From positions 1-51,589 of the IMG/VR virus record IMGVR_UViG_3300033141_002903: a stretch of 51,589 nt of DNA. The stretch is one strand, 5' to 3'. Under the pieces are notes generated by a model, which did not search any database, had not been told where the DNA came from, and saw only the letters and a list, made by a program, of their open reading frames with translations. The translations under genes were made by a program, and so were the position numbers. This document shows, one piece after another, positions 18,187-27,839 of the stretch. The stretch is from a virus (Duplodnaviria > Caudoviricetes). Numbering within the stretch: the first letter of the stretch is position 1; each line of letters begins with the position of its first letter.

Positions 18187-19184
18187 ATGAAACCAATTCT
18201 CCTGCTTTTACTTTCCTTAAATGATTTTTTATGATTTAAGACTGCTTTTTCTAATGAATTCTGCTTTATAAATCCTCCTGTTGTTATTATGTCTCCGTTT
18301 TCATTATAAATCATATCCTTTACTTTTTGTCTTATGGCACATTCTACTGATTGGAAAATATCTGCATAATTGAATCCTTCTGACATTTCAGCCAATATAT
18401 TGGTATCATAACCTCTAATTACCTTGTGTTTAGCTTTATAATTTATTTTACTTATTGCTTTAGCAAATGCTGTAACTCTTTCATAATAAGTAGGAAGTTT
18501 TAATTCTATCCTTCTATCTATCCTGCCAGCCCTTAAAGCAGCCTCATCACATAACTCAGGCAAGTTACTCATCAATACAGTATAGACATTTTTTGTATCG
18601 TGAGCTATTTGCATATTTTTCATAATAGTCTCTAAAACTTTTCTATCTTCTATATGGGAATGTAACCCACCTTTCCTAGAAGATAATAATGCATCAGCTT
18701 CATCTATTGAAACCAAACAATCTTTACCGAGTGTAGCAAAAAAGAATACTCTATCAAAGAATTTTTGCACAATTCTGCTTCCAATATTTATATAAGCTGT
18801 CCCATATCTTCCTATATCATACTCAAATAATAATAAATCCATTTCCCCTAAGTCACAAGTCATTGGTTTTATTTCACCATTTTCTTCTATATCGTTTTCT
18901 GCATAATTCCTTATATAATCTTTCAATCTAAATGCAACACCAATGTTTTTTGTGTTATTCAAAGCCTTGATACACATAGTCTTTCCAACACCAGGAGGAC
19001 CTGTTAAAACATATGATTTATCTGGTGAGATTCCCATGTTAGAGAAAATTTCCTTGTTATCTATATTTATGCTTATATCTTCTAAAAATTCTCTTGCTTC
19101 TCCAACAACATCATTTTTTAAAGGAGATATATCTGGAGTTGTTGGATTAAATTCTGGAACTTTCGAACCCATTTTATAAACCAA
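18183..19184 (-). CDS. Classical AAA ATPase (CDC48/PAN-like single module)
   Basis: Walker A GPPGVGKT; Walker B SIDEAD; SRH 'SNLPELCDEAALRAGRIDR'; 'SEGFNYADI'. Confidence 0.9.
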   Translation of the reverse strand: MVYKMGSKVPEFNPTTPDISPLKNDVVGEAREFLEDISINIDNKEIFSNMGISPDKSYVLTGPPGVGKTMCIKALNNTKNIGVAFRLKDYIRNYAENDIEENGEIKPMTCDLGEMDLLLFEYDIGRYGTAYINIGSRIVQKFFDRVFFFATLGKDCLVSIDEADALLSSRKGGLHSHIEDRKVLETIMKNMQIAHDTKNVYTVLMSNLPELCDEAALRAGRIDRRIELKLPTYYERVTAFAKAISKINYKAKHKVIRGYDTNILAEMSEGFNYADIFQSVECAIRQKVKDMIYNENGDIITTGGFIKQNSLEKAVLNHKKSFKESKSRRIGFI

Positions 19185-19428
19185 AAAACCATTTAAGGAA
19201 AGCTAATAAAATAATAACTTGCCTATTTTTAATTGTTTCTGGAACCTTAAATTGTAATTTTCCAGATTCTAATATACCAACTATTTTAATGTATTCTGGA
19301 TTGATGTCTGGATTATGCTTTAAAATATCTGATATGTTGAATAAAGCATGTTTTCTTAAGGTGTATTCTGAATAATAATTTATTCCATTTATTATTTTAT
19401 CTGGCTTTATCTCATTTAGGTTTTTCAT
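19174..19428 (-). CDS. Hypothetical protein
   Basis: Coupled ORF. Confidence 0.55.
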   Translation of the reverse strand: MKNLNEIKPDKIINGINYYSEYTLRKHALFNISDILKHNPDINPEYIKIVGILESGKLQFKVPETIKNRQVIILLAFLKWFFGL

Positions 19429-19742
19429 TTAGCCCTCCATAATTCCATCTCTCTATATTTACCAAAAGGAATTACTAATTTTTCAACTTTTCTATTGTCT
19501 GTCAAATATTGTAATTGTCTTTCAGCAGTATTATAATTGCAACCAACATTTCTTTTGACTTGATGAGTATTCTGCCATGTTTTTTTTTCCCTTAAAAAAT
19601 CTAGAATTTTTTTACGATAGATATTTTTCTGGTGTGATGGTATTTCATCTTCAAAATTTAAATCTAGTCCTTTATCCATTTTAAAACAGTAGCTGGGGTG
19701 GTCGTCACCAATGCCCAGCTGAAGGAAAGTCTGTAAAGACAT
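19425..19742 (-). CDS. Winged-helix protein
   Basis: 'KILDFLREK..NTHQVKRNVGCNYNTAERQLQYL'; likely ATG start MSLQT. Confidence 0.6.
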   Translation of the reverse strand: MSLQTFLQLGIGDDHPSYCFKMDKGLDLNFEDEIPSHQKNIYRKKILDFLREKKTWQNTHQVKRNVGCNYNTAERQLQYLTDNRKVEKLVIPFGKYREMELWRAK

Positions 19743-19782
19743 AATAATAAGGTATAAAGGTTTTATAAACTTTTCTACATCT

Positions 19783-20232
19783 CTAAATTCCTTTATTATT
19801 AACCAAATCCATTGATTCCTTAAGCAATTCAAGAGAAGATACACCAGAAATTCTTTGCCATACTTTGCTCAATCTTTCTGCTTCTTCAAATTCCTTATGT
19901 AATAATTTTCTACTTATTATCTTTATTGCTTGTTCTTTTTTCCCTTGCTTTTGTTTTTGTAGTTCATTATAATATTTAATATATCCCATATGTTGTTTTA
20001 TTTCCATATCTAATTTAGTTAATTTCTGGTTAAGTTCTTCTCTTTCTTTTAGAAGGCTATTCAATTTTTCATTTGGGTCTATTCCAATATCCCAATTATG
20101 AACTAAGAAAGAAATTAATTCGCTTTGGCTCATATTTTCAAATTCAGCAATTTTCTTTATTTTATGTCTTGTTTCTTTCTCAAGAACATATGTTGCTCTT
20201 TCCCATTCCCTTAATGATTTTTTTCTTGGCAT
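19783..20232 (-). CDS. Ribbon-helix-helix plus coiled-coil regulator
   Basis: 'RATYVLEKETRHKIKKIAEFENMSQSELISFLV'. Confidence 0.65.
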   Translation of the reverse strand: MPRKKSLREWERATYVLEKETRHKIKKIAEFENMSQSELISFLVHNWDIGIDPNEKLNSLLKEREELNQKLTKLDMEIKQHMGYIKYYNELQKQKQGKKEQAIKIISRKLLHKEFEEAERLSKVWQRISGVSSLELLKESMDLVNNKGI

Positions 20233-20393
20233 TTTTTGAATTTGTTAATAAATGATTTATGTATCAGTGCTTCTATAAACGCTGATTTATTTTTAGTTAA
20301 TTTAGTTAATTTAGATAACTTATTTATTGCATCATAAGACAGATAGACATTCACTCTTTTTCCAAACTTTAATTTTTTCTTCATTTTATTCAT
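20211..20393 (-). CDS. Ribbon-helix-helix regulator
   Basis: 'KRVNVYLSYDAINKL...NKSAFIEALI'. Confidence 0.65.
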   Translation of the reverse strand: MNKMKKKLKFGKRVNVYLSYDAINKLSKLTKLTKNKSAFIEALIHKSFINKFKKCQEKNH

Positions 20394-20430
20394 AAATTAC
20401 ACAACTTTTAAATCCTTCTATTTTGAGTTG

Positions 20431-20468
20431 TTATTACATTATTACATAATATGTAATAATTATTACAT
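20431..20468. promoter_or_regulatory. Operator-like array of TTATTACAT boxes
   Basis: TTATTACAT at 20431, 20439 and 20460, plus the inverted ATGTAATAA at 20451, upstream of two RHH genes. Confidence 0.55.
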
Positions 20469-20555
20469 AAAACAAAATATATAATATATATAAATTACAC
20501 AATTTATGATTATCATACATGGTGTTTAGCATATAAACCATAGCATTTAACATTT

Positions 20556-21245
20556 TTATGGATGGTATTTAACCTCACCCCTATCAACATATAAGGATTC
20601 TCCTGTGCAATGGGGAAATGATTCTGAACTATCTAAATAAATTGGAATTCCTGCATTATTCAATTTGTAGCAAAAATTAACATCACCACCACGTATTTCT
20701 GGACCATCATTTAATATAATCTGCTCAAAATAAGGAAATTTTAATTTATCAAGCACATCAACATTGATGCACATTCCAACAGGTCCAGTTACACCAATTT
20801 TTATTAGCCCATCATTTTTATTTGGTTTTACAAGATTATCTTCTTCCTTAAACCCAATTCCCTTAAGTTCCTTATATTGTGTTTGTTTATATGGTGGTGT
20901 TCTTTGGCTAGTGCAACCAACAACTACAGGAAGATTATAAGAAATGAATTTATTTATGAAATTTGGAGAATAAATATGGTCGTCATCCAACATAACAATA
21001 TAATCAAACCTAAATCCCCTAGCCTCTTTTCCTTTATTTTGGGCTATCAGACAAGCCCTGTTTCTCATATAATTCACATCACAGCTGGAAACATTGATTA
21101 ACTCTATATTATGCTCTTTTCTTGTATTATTTACCAATTCTATTAAACTTAGACTAAAATGTTTAGGAAAATAACCCCTATTACTTATTATTGTAATGAG
21201 AACTTTTTTCTTGTCTTTTTTCTTTTCTGATATTTCAACAGGCAT
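20556..21245 (-). CDS. GT-A fold (GT2-like) glycosyltransferase
   Basis: 'MRNRAC...DYIVMLDDD', 'GGDVNFC'. Confidence 0.75.
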   Translation of the reverse strand: MPVEISEKKKDKKKVLITIISNRGYFPKHFSLSLIELVNNTRKEHNIELINVSSCDVNYMRNRACLIAQNKGKEARGFRFDYIVMLDDDHIYSPNFINKFISYNLPVVVGCTSQRTPPYKQTQYKELKGIGFKEEDNLVKPNKNDGLIKIGVTGPVGMCINVDVLDKLKFPYFEQIILNDGPEIRGGDVNFCYKLNNAGIPIYLDSSESFPHCTGESLYVDRGEVKYHP

Positions 21246-21246
21246 C

Positions 21247-21459
21247 TTATTTGCTTTTTTTTATGTTTGTAGTATTCGGTGATTTTACTTCATAAGTTTT
21301 TTTAGCGTGAGAATTTATCTCTCCATTATACTTTACTTCTATCCCTTTTGAATTTATGAACAATTCTGTTTCATCTCTACATCCATCTTTACTTTTTACT
21401 TTTCTTGTTCTGCTTTTATAAAAGATTGGTCTATGTTTTATTTCTACCGATTTCGCCAT
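21247..21459 (-). CDS. Small hypothetical protein
   Basis: Coupled ORF within the cluster. Confidence 0.45.
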   Translation of the reverse strand: MAKSVEIKHRPIFYKSRTRKVKSKDGCRDETELFINSKGIEVKYNGEINSHAKKTYEVKSPNTTNIKKSK

Positions 21460-22316
21460 TTTACATCAAATGATTGTATTGGTATGTTTTTTGAAATTAT
21501 AAATTGTTTAATTTCTTCCAACATTTTAAGCCTTTTATCCTGAAGATTTTGGTATTCTTCGTTCCAATGAGTCCATAATCTTATGAATTTTTCTTGTGAT
21601 GGTTTTTCTTCTCCCCACGGTTTATTTGAGTATATAATTCCATTCAATATCTTTTCTGTGTTATAATGCGACTTCTCAATGCGAATGAATCTTGCCCTCT
21701 CCCTCATTTCCTCTGGAAGATTATCTTCTTTTTTTGGATGTTCCTGATGATACATTGGAAGATTAATATCAATTAGTCTGCAATTATCAAATAATGCCCT
21801 TTGATATAGGTCGTTATCTACAGCACCCCACAGAATTAAATTTTCATCATATCCACCAACAGAATAAATCCATTTTCTAGAAAATACTTGGATTCCGCCA
21901 TTTGCCTTGGAATTTATCCTTTTTAGGTTATTGTTATCCTCATACCAACCCCATGATTTATTCCATTTACCTATGTCTTTTGCGTTAATCCTTTTAACAT
22001 TGGTGTTTATTATGAATGTTTTTTCTCCAAGAGATTTTAACACACGCTCCATAACCTCTTTTGTTACAATAATATCACAATCAATAGTCATAATATAGTC
22101 CCCATTGCTTTTTTTAATCCCATAATTTAAACCATGGGATTTATTCCATACATTATTCTTATCATACCTTATTATTTTGGCATTATTGACTTTAACTGGT
22201 TTCTTACTACCATAATCTATAACAATAATTTCATCTACAAAATTTTTTATTGCATTGATGCAGTTCTGTATTCTCCTGTTACTTCTATCCCTTACAACAG
22301 TTATTGCTGAAATCAT
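21444..22316 (-). CDS. GT2 glycosyltransferase with a GT7-like C-terminal motif
   Basis: 'IIVIDYGS', 'DYIMTIDCD', 'GGYDENLILWGAVDNDL'. Confidence 0.85.
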   Translation of the reverse strand: MISAITVVRDRSNRRIQNCINAIKNFVDEIIVIDYGSKKPVKVNNAKIIRYDKNNVWNKSHGLNYGIKKSNGDYIMTIDCDIIVTKEVMERVLKSLGEKTFIINTNVKRINAKDIGKWNKSWGWYEDNNNLKRINSKANGGIQVFSRKWIYSVGGYDENLILWGAVDNDLYQRALFDNCRLIDINLPMYHQEHPKKEDNLPEEMRERARFIRIEKSHYNTEKILNGIIYSNKPWGEEKPSQEKFIRLWTHWNEEYQNLQDKRLKMLEEIKQFIISKNIPIQSFDVKWRNR

Positions 22317-22975
22317 TTGTAATTAAGAAATTTTAGTTCAAAATCAAGTGATTCTTCTAATTTTCTAGCCTGTTCTATTGTTAAATATTTTCTGTATTCC
22401 CCAATATTTGGTGTTCCTATATGCATTGCGTGTATGTGGTCGCTTTTGTCATAATGACCAAAATCGTGTTTTTCTCTCATTAGTTTTATTGACTTTTTCT
22501 TATTGTTTTCTAGACTTACTTTTTCCATTACTTCTGCTCTTTTTTTTACATTAATAGGAATAAAGAATTCCATCTCAATTATATCCAATAAATGTTCAAC
22601 ATTATTGAAGAAATCCTCGTATCTTAAAATTATTATTTCTTCATCACGATAATATGTAAGATAAGTGTAAAAAGTCATTAGTCTGTTTTTAACAGAATCA
22701 ACACAACCAAGTAAATCTTTTGTATTTGGTCTATTAAGAAGATTTCCGTTTTTATCATGTTTTCCAAAATATATTCTCCAATGAGAGAATGCTATTTCTC
22801 TAGGGTCTCTTACAACAAGAAAAATTTTATATCCTTCTAAATTTTTTACAAATCGGTGTGTCTGTGGTGGAATTGGTCCTCCTTCTGGAGTAAGTAAGAA
22901 CTCTCTAAATACCTGCCATACTAATGTTCCACCGCTTCGTGGTATCCCGTATAAATGGACCTTTACTTTATTCAT
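22313..22975 (-). CDS. Sulfotransferase
   Basis: PAPS-binding 'GIPRSGGT', 'VVRDPRE', 'LRYEDF'. Confidence 0.85.
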   Translation of the reverse strand: MNKVKVHLYGIPRSGGTLVWQVFREFLLTPEGGPIPPQTHRFVKNLEGYKIFLVVRDPREIAFSHWRIYFGKHDKNGNLLNRPNTKDLLGCVDSVKNRLMTFYTYLTYYRDEEIIILRYEDFFNNVEHLLDIIEMEFFIPINVKKRAEVMEKVSLENNKKKSIKLMREKHDFGHYDKSDHIHAMHIGTPNIGEYRKYLTIEQARKLEESLDFELKFLNYK

Positions 22976-23883
22976 TTTAAAATAATGTCAATAATCTTAT
23001 TTGTGAGTAAATCCCGATAATACTCATATTTTCCATGAGACGTTTCCCGAAATTTTCTTGCATTTTTAATAATCTCATCATATTCTTCTTGTGTTATGTT
23101 CTTTAAATAATTTCCTAATCCATTCAAATCAAATTCTTTTGTTTTTGGATTAAACCATTTTCTTAAATCAATGAAACAATTTGTTGGTATATGGTGTTCT
23201 ATTCTAGAATCACCTAAATAAAGGGTAACCCTGTCTGTAGCAAATCCATCCCAGATTTTTTCGTATAAATAATTTGGATAAATTGTATTTTCCAATGCAA
23301 GAACAAAATCGCATTTGGATTCAATTATTTTCTTTTGTTTATCCTCTCTCCAATTAGGAACTTTAGTAATCTGACCATGCCATCCCCTACCAATCATAAT
23401 GCTTTCTTGGAATCTTTTTTCTAAATATTCTCCTATCAATCTTCTCAAATAAGTTATGTTTATTCCACCACAAGAATCTGGAATTTTATCATAGAATCCA
23501 ATCATTCCAGCATAAAAAACACCCCGAGACATAATAGTGGTATCTTTTCTGGTAATGAAGGGGAATGGGTCTGGTCTTGTTGGATAATATTGTGGGCAGT
23601 CATCAGGAGTAAATGGAATTTGATTATCTTTTTTTATATCAGCCCAATGACACACAACAGTATGAAATTTATCAAAATTTCTATAACACCATACACGATG
23701 GTCTGCAAGTGGTGGCTCTACTGCAATATAGATTGTTTTGTTCATATGCTCTGGAAAACTGCAAGTTGATTGCGATATTAGAAAATCTGCTTCATGCGGA
23801 TTATTTACCAATTCTATTTCTGGATTATTTTTTATGAGTTTCTCGTTCAAATTAGTTCTTGTTGTTATAAAGACCTTTCTCAT
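22972..23883 (-). CDS. GT10 (alpha-1,3-fucosyltransferase-like) glycosyltransferase
   Basis: 'VEPP' and the GT10 motif 'FVLALENTIYPNYLYEKIWDGF...LYLG'. Confidence 0.85.
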   Translation of the reverse strand: MRKVFITTRTNLNEKLIKNNPEIELVNNPHEADFLISQSTCSFPEHMNKTIYIAVEPPLADHRVWCYRNFDKFHTVVCHWADIKKDNQIPFTPDDCPQYYPTRPDPFPFITRKDTTIMSRGVFYAGMIGFYDKIPDSCGGINITYLRRLIGEYLEKRFQESIMIGRGWHGQITKVPNWREDKQKKIIESKCDFVLALENTIYPNYLYEKIWDGFATDRVTLYLGDSRIEHHIPTNCFIDLRKWFNPKTKEFDLNGLGNYLKNITQEEYDEIIKNARKFRETSHGKYEYYRDLLTNKIIDIILK

Positions 23884-24383
23884 TTTTTTGCTATTGCTAT
23901 TATCTCTGATTTGTTTGTATTTTTTAATTTAACTTTTTTTAATTGTAATATTTCAAATCCAACATGTCCTAGAAAAAGTTTTAGGGTTGTTAGTGTGAAT
24001 AAAGTCTTATGGCACATCATACTATCCCCTAAATCACGATAATCACAGCATTCACCATCTGGTACAGATATTCCTATTTTTCCACCAACCTTCAATATCC
24101 TTCTCCATTCCTTCAATACCCCAATAGTGTTATTTGTATGTTCAAGAACATGACTAGCGACTATAAAATCTAAAGAATTATCTTTTATGGGTATGTTGTG
24201 CATATCACAAAGATAATCTGGATTATAGTCTGGATTTATGTCAAGTGTTTTAGCATTATCAGAAATTGGTCTATCCGCACTACCAATATCTATTCCATTT
24301 CCAACACATATTTCTTTTAATATTTTCCTTCCTTCTTCATCAAAAGTCCTATTTTTAAATGATATTGCCATTTTTATTATCAC
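23880..24383 (-). CDS. SAM-dependent methyltransferase (type 11)
   Basis: 'GIDIGS', 'DFIVASHVLEH', 'RILKVGG'. Confidence 0.85.
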   Translation of the reverse strand: MIIKMAISFKNRTFDEEGRKILKEICVGNGIDIGSADRPISDNAKTLDINPDYNPDYLCDMHNIPIKDNSLDFIVASHVLEHTNNTIGVLKEWRRILKVGGKIGISVPDGECCDYRDLGDSMMCHKTLFTLTTLKLFLGHVGFEILQLKKVKLKNTNKSEIIAIAKK

Positions 24384-24750
24384 TTCCTTTATTTATTTCA
24401 TCTACAATTTTTCTCAGTTTTTCATCATATTTGTTTTTGTCCGATGCTGGAACACCCCATTCAATTATTATACTGTCTTCTTTAGCCACAAACATATGTG
24501 GTGTATTTGGTGGTATCAATGAATGCTCGCCTTTAACATAACCAATAGAGTTAATTTTATGACCTTCTTTCCATATAAATTCACCAAATCCTTCAATTAT
24601 ACAAAAATCCTCTGCAATAGAATGAATGCAACCACCAATAGCCTTGCCTTTATTTAATTTAATTATGGTAAATTCCTTATTATTCTTAAGTAGATTTTCT
24701 ATCAAATAGATAGTTCTTCTTTCATCTGAATGTATCTTTTTAATTTCCAT
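24355..24750 (-). CDS. Cupin (sugar isomerase/epimerase-like)
   Basis: 'DERR', 'GGCIH...E', 'IPPNTPH'. Confidence 0.7.
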   Translation of the reverse strand: MEIKKIHSDERRTIYLIENLLKNNKEFTIIKLNKGKAIGGCIHSIAEDFCIIEGFGEFIWKEGHKINSIGYVKGEHSLIPPNTPHMFVAKEDSIIIEWGVPASDKNKYDEKLRKIVDEINKGSDNKNGNII

Positions 24751-25750
24751 CGTAAAATTCTTTTATTTTATTTATTACTTCATTTTGGTCATTTTTAGAT
24801 AATCCACCACCATTAGGCAACCAGATACAAGTCTTATAATAAAATTTTGCATTTGGAAGCCCCTTAAATGGTTTCCAAGGAATCCTTACTTCTACGTTAT
24901 TCTTTTTCAAAAATTCAATTAATTCGTTTCTTTTTTCTTTTGGAAAGAATTCAACCCATAAGGGTACTTCTCCATCATGAAATTCTATAAATGAGCCATA
25001 ACCTTGTAATTCTTTTTTATATGTAAGATATTGTTCTATATGTAATTTCTTTCTTTCTTCAAGTTTTTCTAATTGACCAAGAACAATAGAAGCAAGAATA
25101 TCATTAAATTTAAAATTAAACCCAGAAGTACCATTCTCTTCTTTCTTGTTCCTTCCAAAGTCTTTTAGTCTTCTTATCATGTATGCATATAAATCATTAT
25201 CAGTAGCACAAAATCCCCCTTGCCCACAACTTATCAATTTGTTTGCTTGAAGTGAATAGCAACCAACCAATCCATTATTTACTTTTGAACCAAGACATCC
25301 AGCATTATCGCATATAACTGTTGTGATTGTTGGAAAAACGTCCCAAGCATTTCTACCAAGAAGATTAACAGGAATTATAATCCTTGCTGGCGGAAAAATA
25401 CCTCTAACTAAACAATATCTTTTTTGAGAAACATCAAATATATTTGGATTAAGACCAGCAAGTTCAACAGCATTTTTAGTGGAAACAAACGTTAAGTCTG
25501 GGATAATTACTTCTCCAGAATTATACTCTCTTATTCTTTTATCTGCTTCAATAGCAAGATAAAGAGCAGCAGTGCAACTAGTAGTCATAATAACATGTTT
25601 AGTTCCAACAATTTTAGCAAGTTTTTCTTCTAGTTCTTTTGTTTTTGGACCTTCACTAACATAACCTGATTCCAATACTTTTGTTACTAATTCTTTTTCC
25701 TTCTCTCCAAATACTGGGGTATTCCATTTAATTACCATTTTGTTAGCCAA
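24740..25750 (-). CDS. DegT/DnrJ/EryC1/StrS aminotransferase (perosamine synthase-like)
   Basis: 'GPKTKELE', 'SCTAAL', 'SLQANKLISCGQGG' (PLP lysine), 'GFNFK'. Confidence 0.9.
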   Translation of the reverse strand: MANKMVIKWNTPVFGEKEKELVTKVLESGYVSEGPKTKELEEKLAKIVGTKHVIMTTSCTAALYLAIEADKRIREYNSGEVIIPDLTFVSTKNAVELAGLNPNIFDVSQKRYCLVRGIFPPARIIIPVNLLGRNAWDVFPTITTVICDNAGCLGSKVNNGLVGCYSLQANKLISCGQGGFCATDNDLYAYMIRRLKDFGRNKKEENGTSGFNFKFNDILASIVLGQLEKLEERKKLHIEQYLTYKKELQGYGSFIEFHDGEVPLWVEFFPKEKRNELIEFLKKNNVEVRIPWKPFKGLPNAKFYYKTCIWLPNGGGLSKNDQNEVINKIKEFYDGN

Positions 25751-25760
25751 ATTATTTTGT

Positions 25761-27788
25761 TCATTTCATCTTCTCCTTTGCTTCTTCAATGGTTAAACCA
25801 GCAATTTCTTTTAAATCGTGTTCTAGCATTTCTTTGATTATTTCTTTATAAGTGTATTTTGGCTCCCATCCAAGAGTATTTCTAATTTTAGTTGAGTCCC
25901 CTAGCAATGCTGGAACTTCTGCAGGTCTAAAATATTTCTCGCTTACTTCAACATATTTTTTCCAGTCAAGACCAATCATATCAAAAGCATCTTTTAAGAA
26001 TTCTCTAATAGAATGTGTTTCATTTGTGCTAACAACAAAATCATCTGGTTTATCGTGTGTAATAATCAGATACATCGCCTTAATGTAGTCTAAACTATGA
26101 CCCCAATCCCTTGTAGCATTCAAATTGCCCAAAATCAATTTATCTTGTTTTCCAGCAACTATCCTTGCTATACCTCTTGTTATTTTCCTTGTAACAAAAT
26201 TAACTGTTCTTCTTGGAGAATTATGGACATGAATATTTCCAATACCCGCAATAAACTCCCCACTTTCAGTTTCTAAATCATAAAACCACCCCTTATAATT
26301 GGACATGTCAATAGTTTTTGTTACCTCTGCAAAAGGTTTTGATAAATGAGATTTTATTCCTTTTGGGCTATTTAGGTTAATACAATATATAATTGAACCT
26401 GTTTTTCCTGTTGTTGTATAAAAAGTCTTTCTTTGGGTTGGTAATAAAATATCTGTTAAATACCACAATCCCTGTGCTAATGTTGCAGAATTAGTTTTAA
26501 AAGCCTTAAACTCATAAACACATTTATCTTTTTTTAAGCCATCACAATTATTGTAACCTCTTAAAAAGGACATTTGGGCTTCTTTATTAGCATTTAAAAT
26601 TCTCTTTGGAATTCTTTTATATCTTTCAGAAGTGTACAAATCTAATTCTTTTGTCCAATTATTTCCAGTAAAATATATTTGTTTAACAGTATTACCTTTC
26701 TTAAATCCACTTGATGTATCTTGCTCGTAAGTATGAGTTCCAACAATTTTATTCCACAATTCTAAAAATCTCTTTCTAATTTTTTCATCATTTTTTGTAA
26801 ATTTACCCATATTTCCTTTTTTATTTATATACCCATCAGCAACTAACATCCCTATTAATTCTGCTTCCTCATTAGAAACAAAATCAGAAACATTTTTAAT
26901 TATATTCAGATTAACTAATTCAAATCTATCTCCTTTAGAAATTTCTCTTGTTTTTTTTTCTTCTCCTTCCATAAATGCGACATGGTCACCAGTAGCCATA
27001 TATCCCCCGCATCTTCCAGAAATGAATTTTGGGTCTTTATTGTTCTCTAAATCATGTGGATAGCCTGAAGCATATTTAACCTTAACCCACCCTTTTTTAC
27101 CCAAAATTTCCAAATCTGATATTTCTTTGTGTTGATATTTTTTATTAGATTTATCTATAAATGTTAAAACATCTGTAAGAGGTTTAATATCAAATTTATT
27201 TCCTTCTTTTACAAAAATAGGCATAAAATCTGCCATTGTCTCATGATTAAAACAAATAGAATTACAAGCAAATATCCCATAAGCATTCCTGTAAAGTTTA
27301 ACCAGATGATACGCACCAAGTTTTGCTATTCCATAAGGGCTTACTGGTAGCATTTTAGTATCTTCTTTTTGTGGTGGGGGGCTAATTCCAAACATTTCAC
27401 TAGAACTACATTGTAAAAATCTTGTCTTAGGAGAGAAGTTTTTAATTGCTTCAAGTATTCTCAAAACACCAAGAAGATTATAATTTAAAGTAGATTCTGG
27501 AGTTTTAAAACTAATACTAACGTGGCTCATAGCAGAAGTGTTGATAAAATAATCTGGTTTATGTTTTTTTATTAATTCATTGATATTACAAGCATCAGAA
27601 AGGTCAAAATACTCCATTTTAAAGTTCTGGTTTTCATCTTCTAATGAGCAAAGCAATTCATATCTTTCAGAATTTGGACAAGCATTTCTCCTAATAAGAC
27701 CAATTACTTTTTCACCCCTATTTAGCAGAAATTCTATTAGATTACTTCCATCCATTCCTGTTGCACCAGAAATCATCCATAAACTCAT
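25761..27788 (-). CDS. gmd: GDP-mannose 4,6-dehydratase containing an intein
   Basis: 'GATGMDG', 'AMSHV', 'SSSEMFG', 'YGIAK', FNHE|SPRR split by an insert, 'RDWGH', 'RPAEV'. Confidence 0.93.
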   Translation of the reverse strand: MSLWMISGATGMDGSNLIEFLLNRGEKVIGLIRRNACPNSERYELLCSLEDENQNFKMEYFDLSDACNINELIKKHKPDYFINTSAMSHVSISFKTPESTLNYNLLGVLRILEAIKNFSPKTRFLQCSSSEMFGISPPPQKEDTKMLPVSPYGIAKLGAYHLVKLYRNAYGIFACNSICFNHETMADFMPIFVKEGNKFDIKPLTDVLTFIDKSNKKYQHKEISDLEILGKKGWVKVKYASGYPHDLENNKDPKFISGRCGGYMATGDHVAFMEGEEKKTREISKGDRFELVNLNIIKNVSDFVSNEEAELIGMLVADGYINKKGNMGKFTKNDEKIRKRFLELWNKIVGTHTYEQDTSSGFKKGNTVKQIYFTGNNWTKELDLYTSERYKRIPKRILNANKEAQMSFLRGYNNCDGLKKDKCVYEFKAFKTNSATLAQGLWYLTDILLPTQRKTFYTTTGKTGSIIYCINLNSPKGIKSHLSKPFAEVTKTIDMSNYKGWFYDLETESGEFIAGIGNIHVHNSPRRTVNFVTRKITRGIARIVAGKQDKLILGNLNATRDWGHSLDYIKAMYLIITHDKPDDFVVSTNETHSIREFLKDAFDMIGLDWKKYVEVSEKYFRPAEVPALLGDSTKIRNTLGWEPKYTYKEIIKEMLEHDLKEIAGLTIEEAKEKMK
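26220..27239 (-). mobile_element. LAGLIDADG intein (340 aa) in gmd, starting with Thr
   Basis: Insert TMADF...VHN between NHE and SPRR; block B 'ATGDH'; 'LIGMLVADG' and 'FLRGYNNCDG'; block F 'FYDLET'. Confidence 0.9.
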
Positions 27789-27839
27789 TTTTTACTATCT
27801 TTTCATTATTTTTAAATCTTTACTATAATTTGAAAGTGA

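Noticed and set aside
19691-19720. GC-rich hairpin AGCTGGG...CCCAGCT
   Set aside because: It is a single hairpin inside a coding region and lacks the junction signature, so it may be chance.
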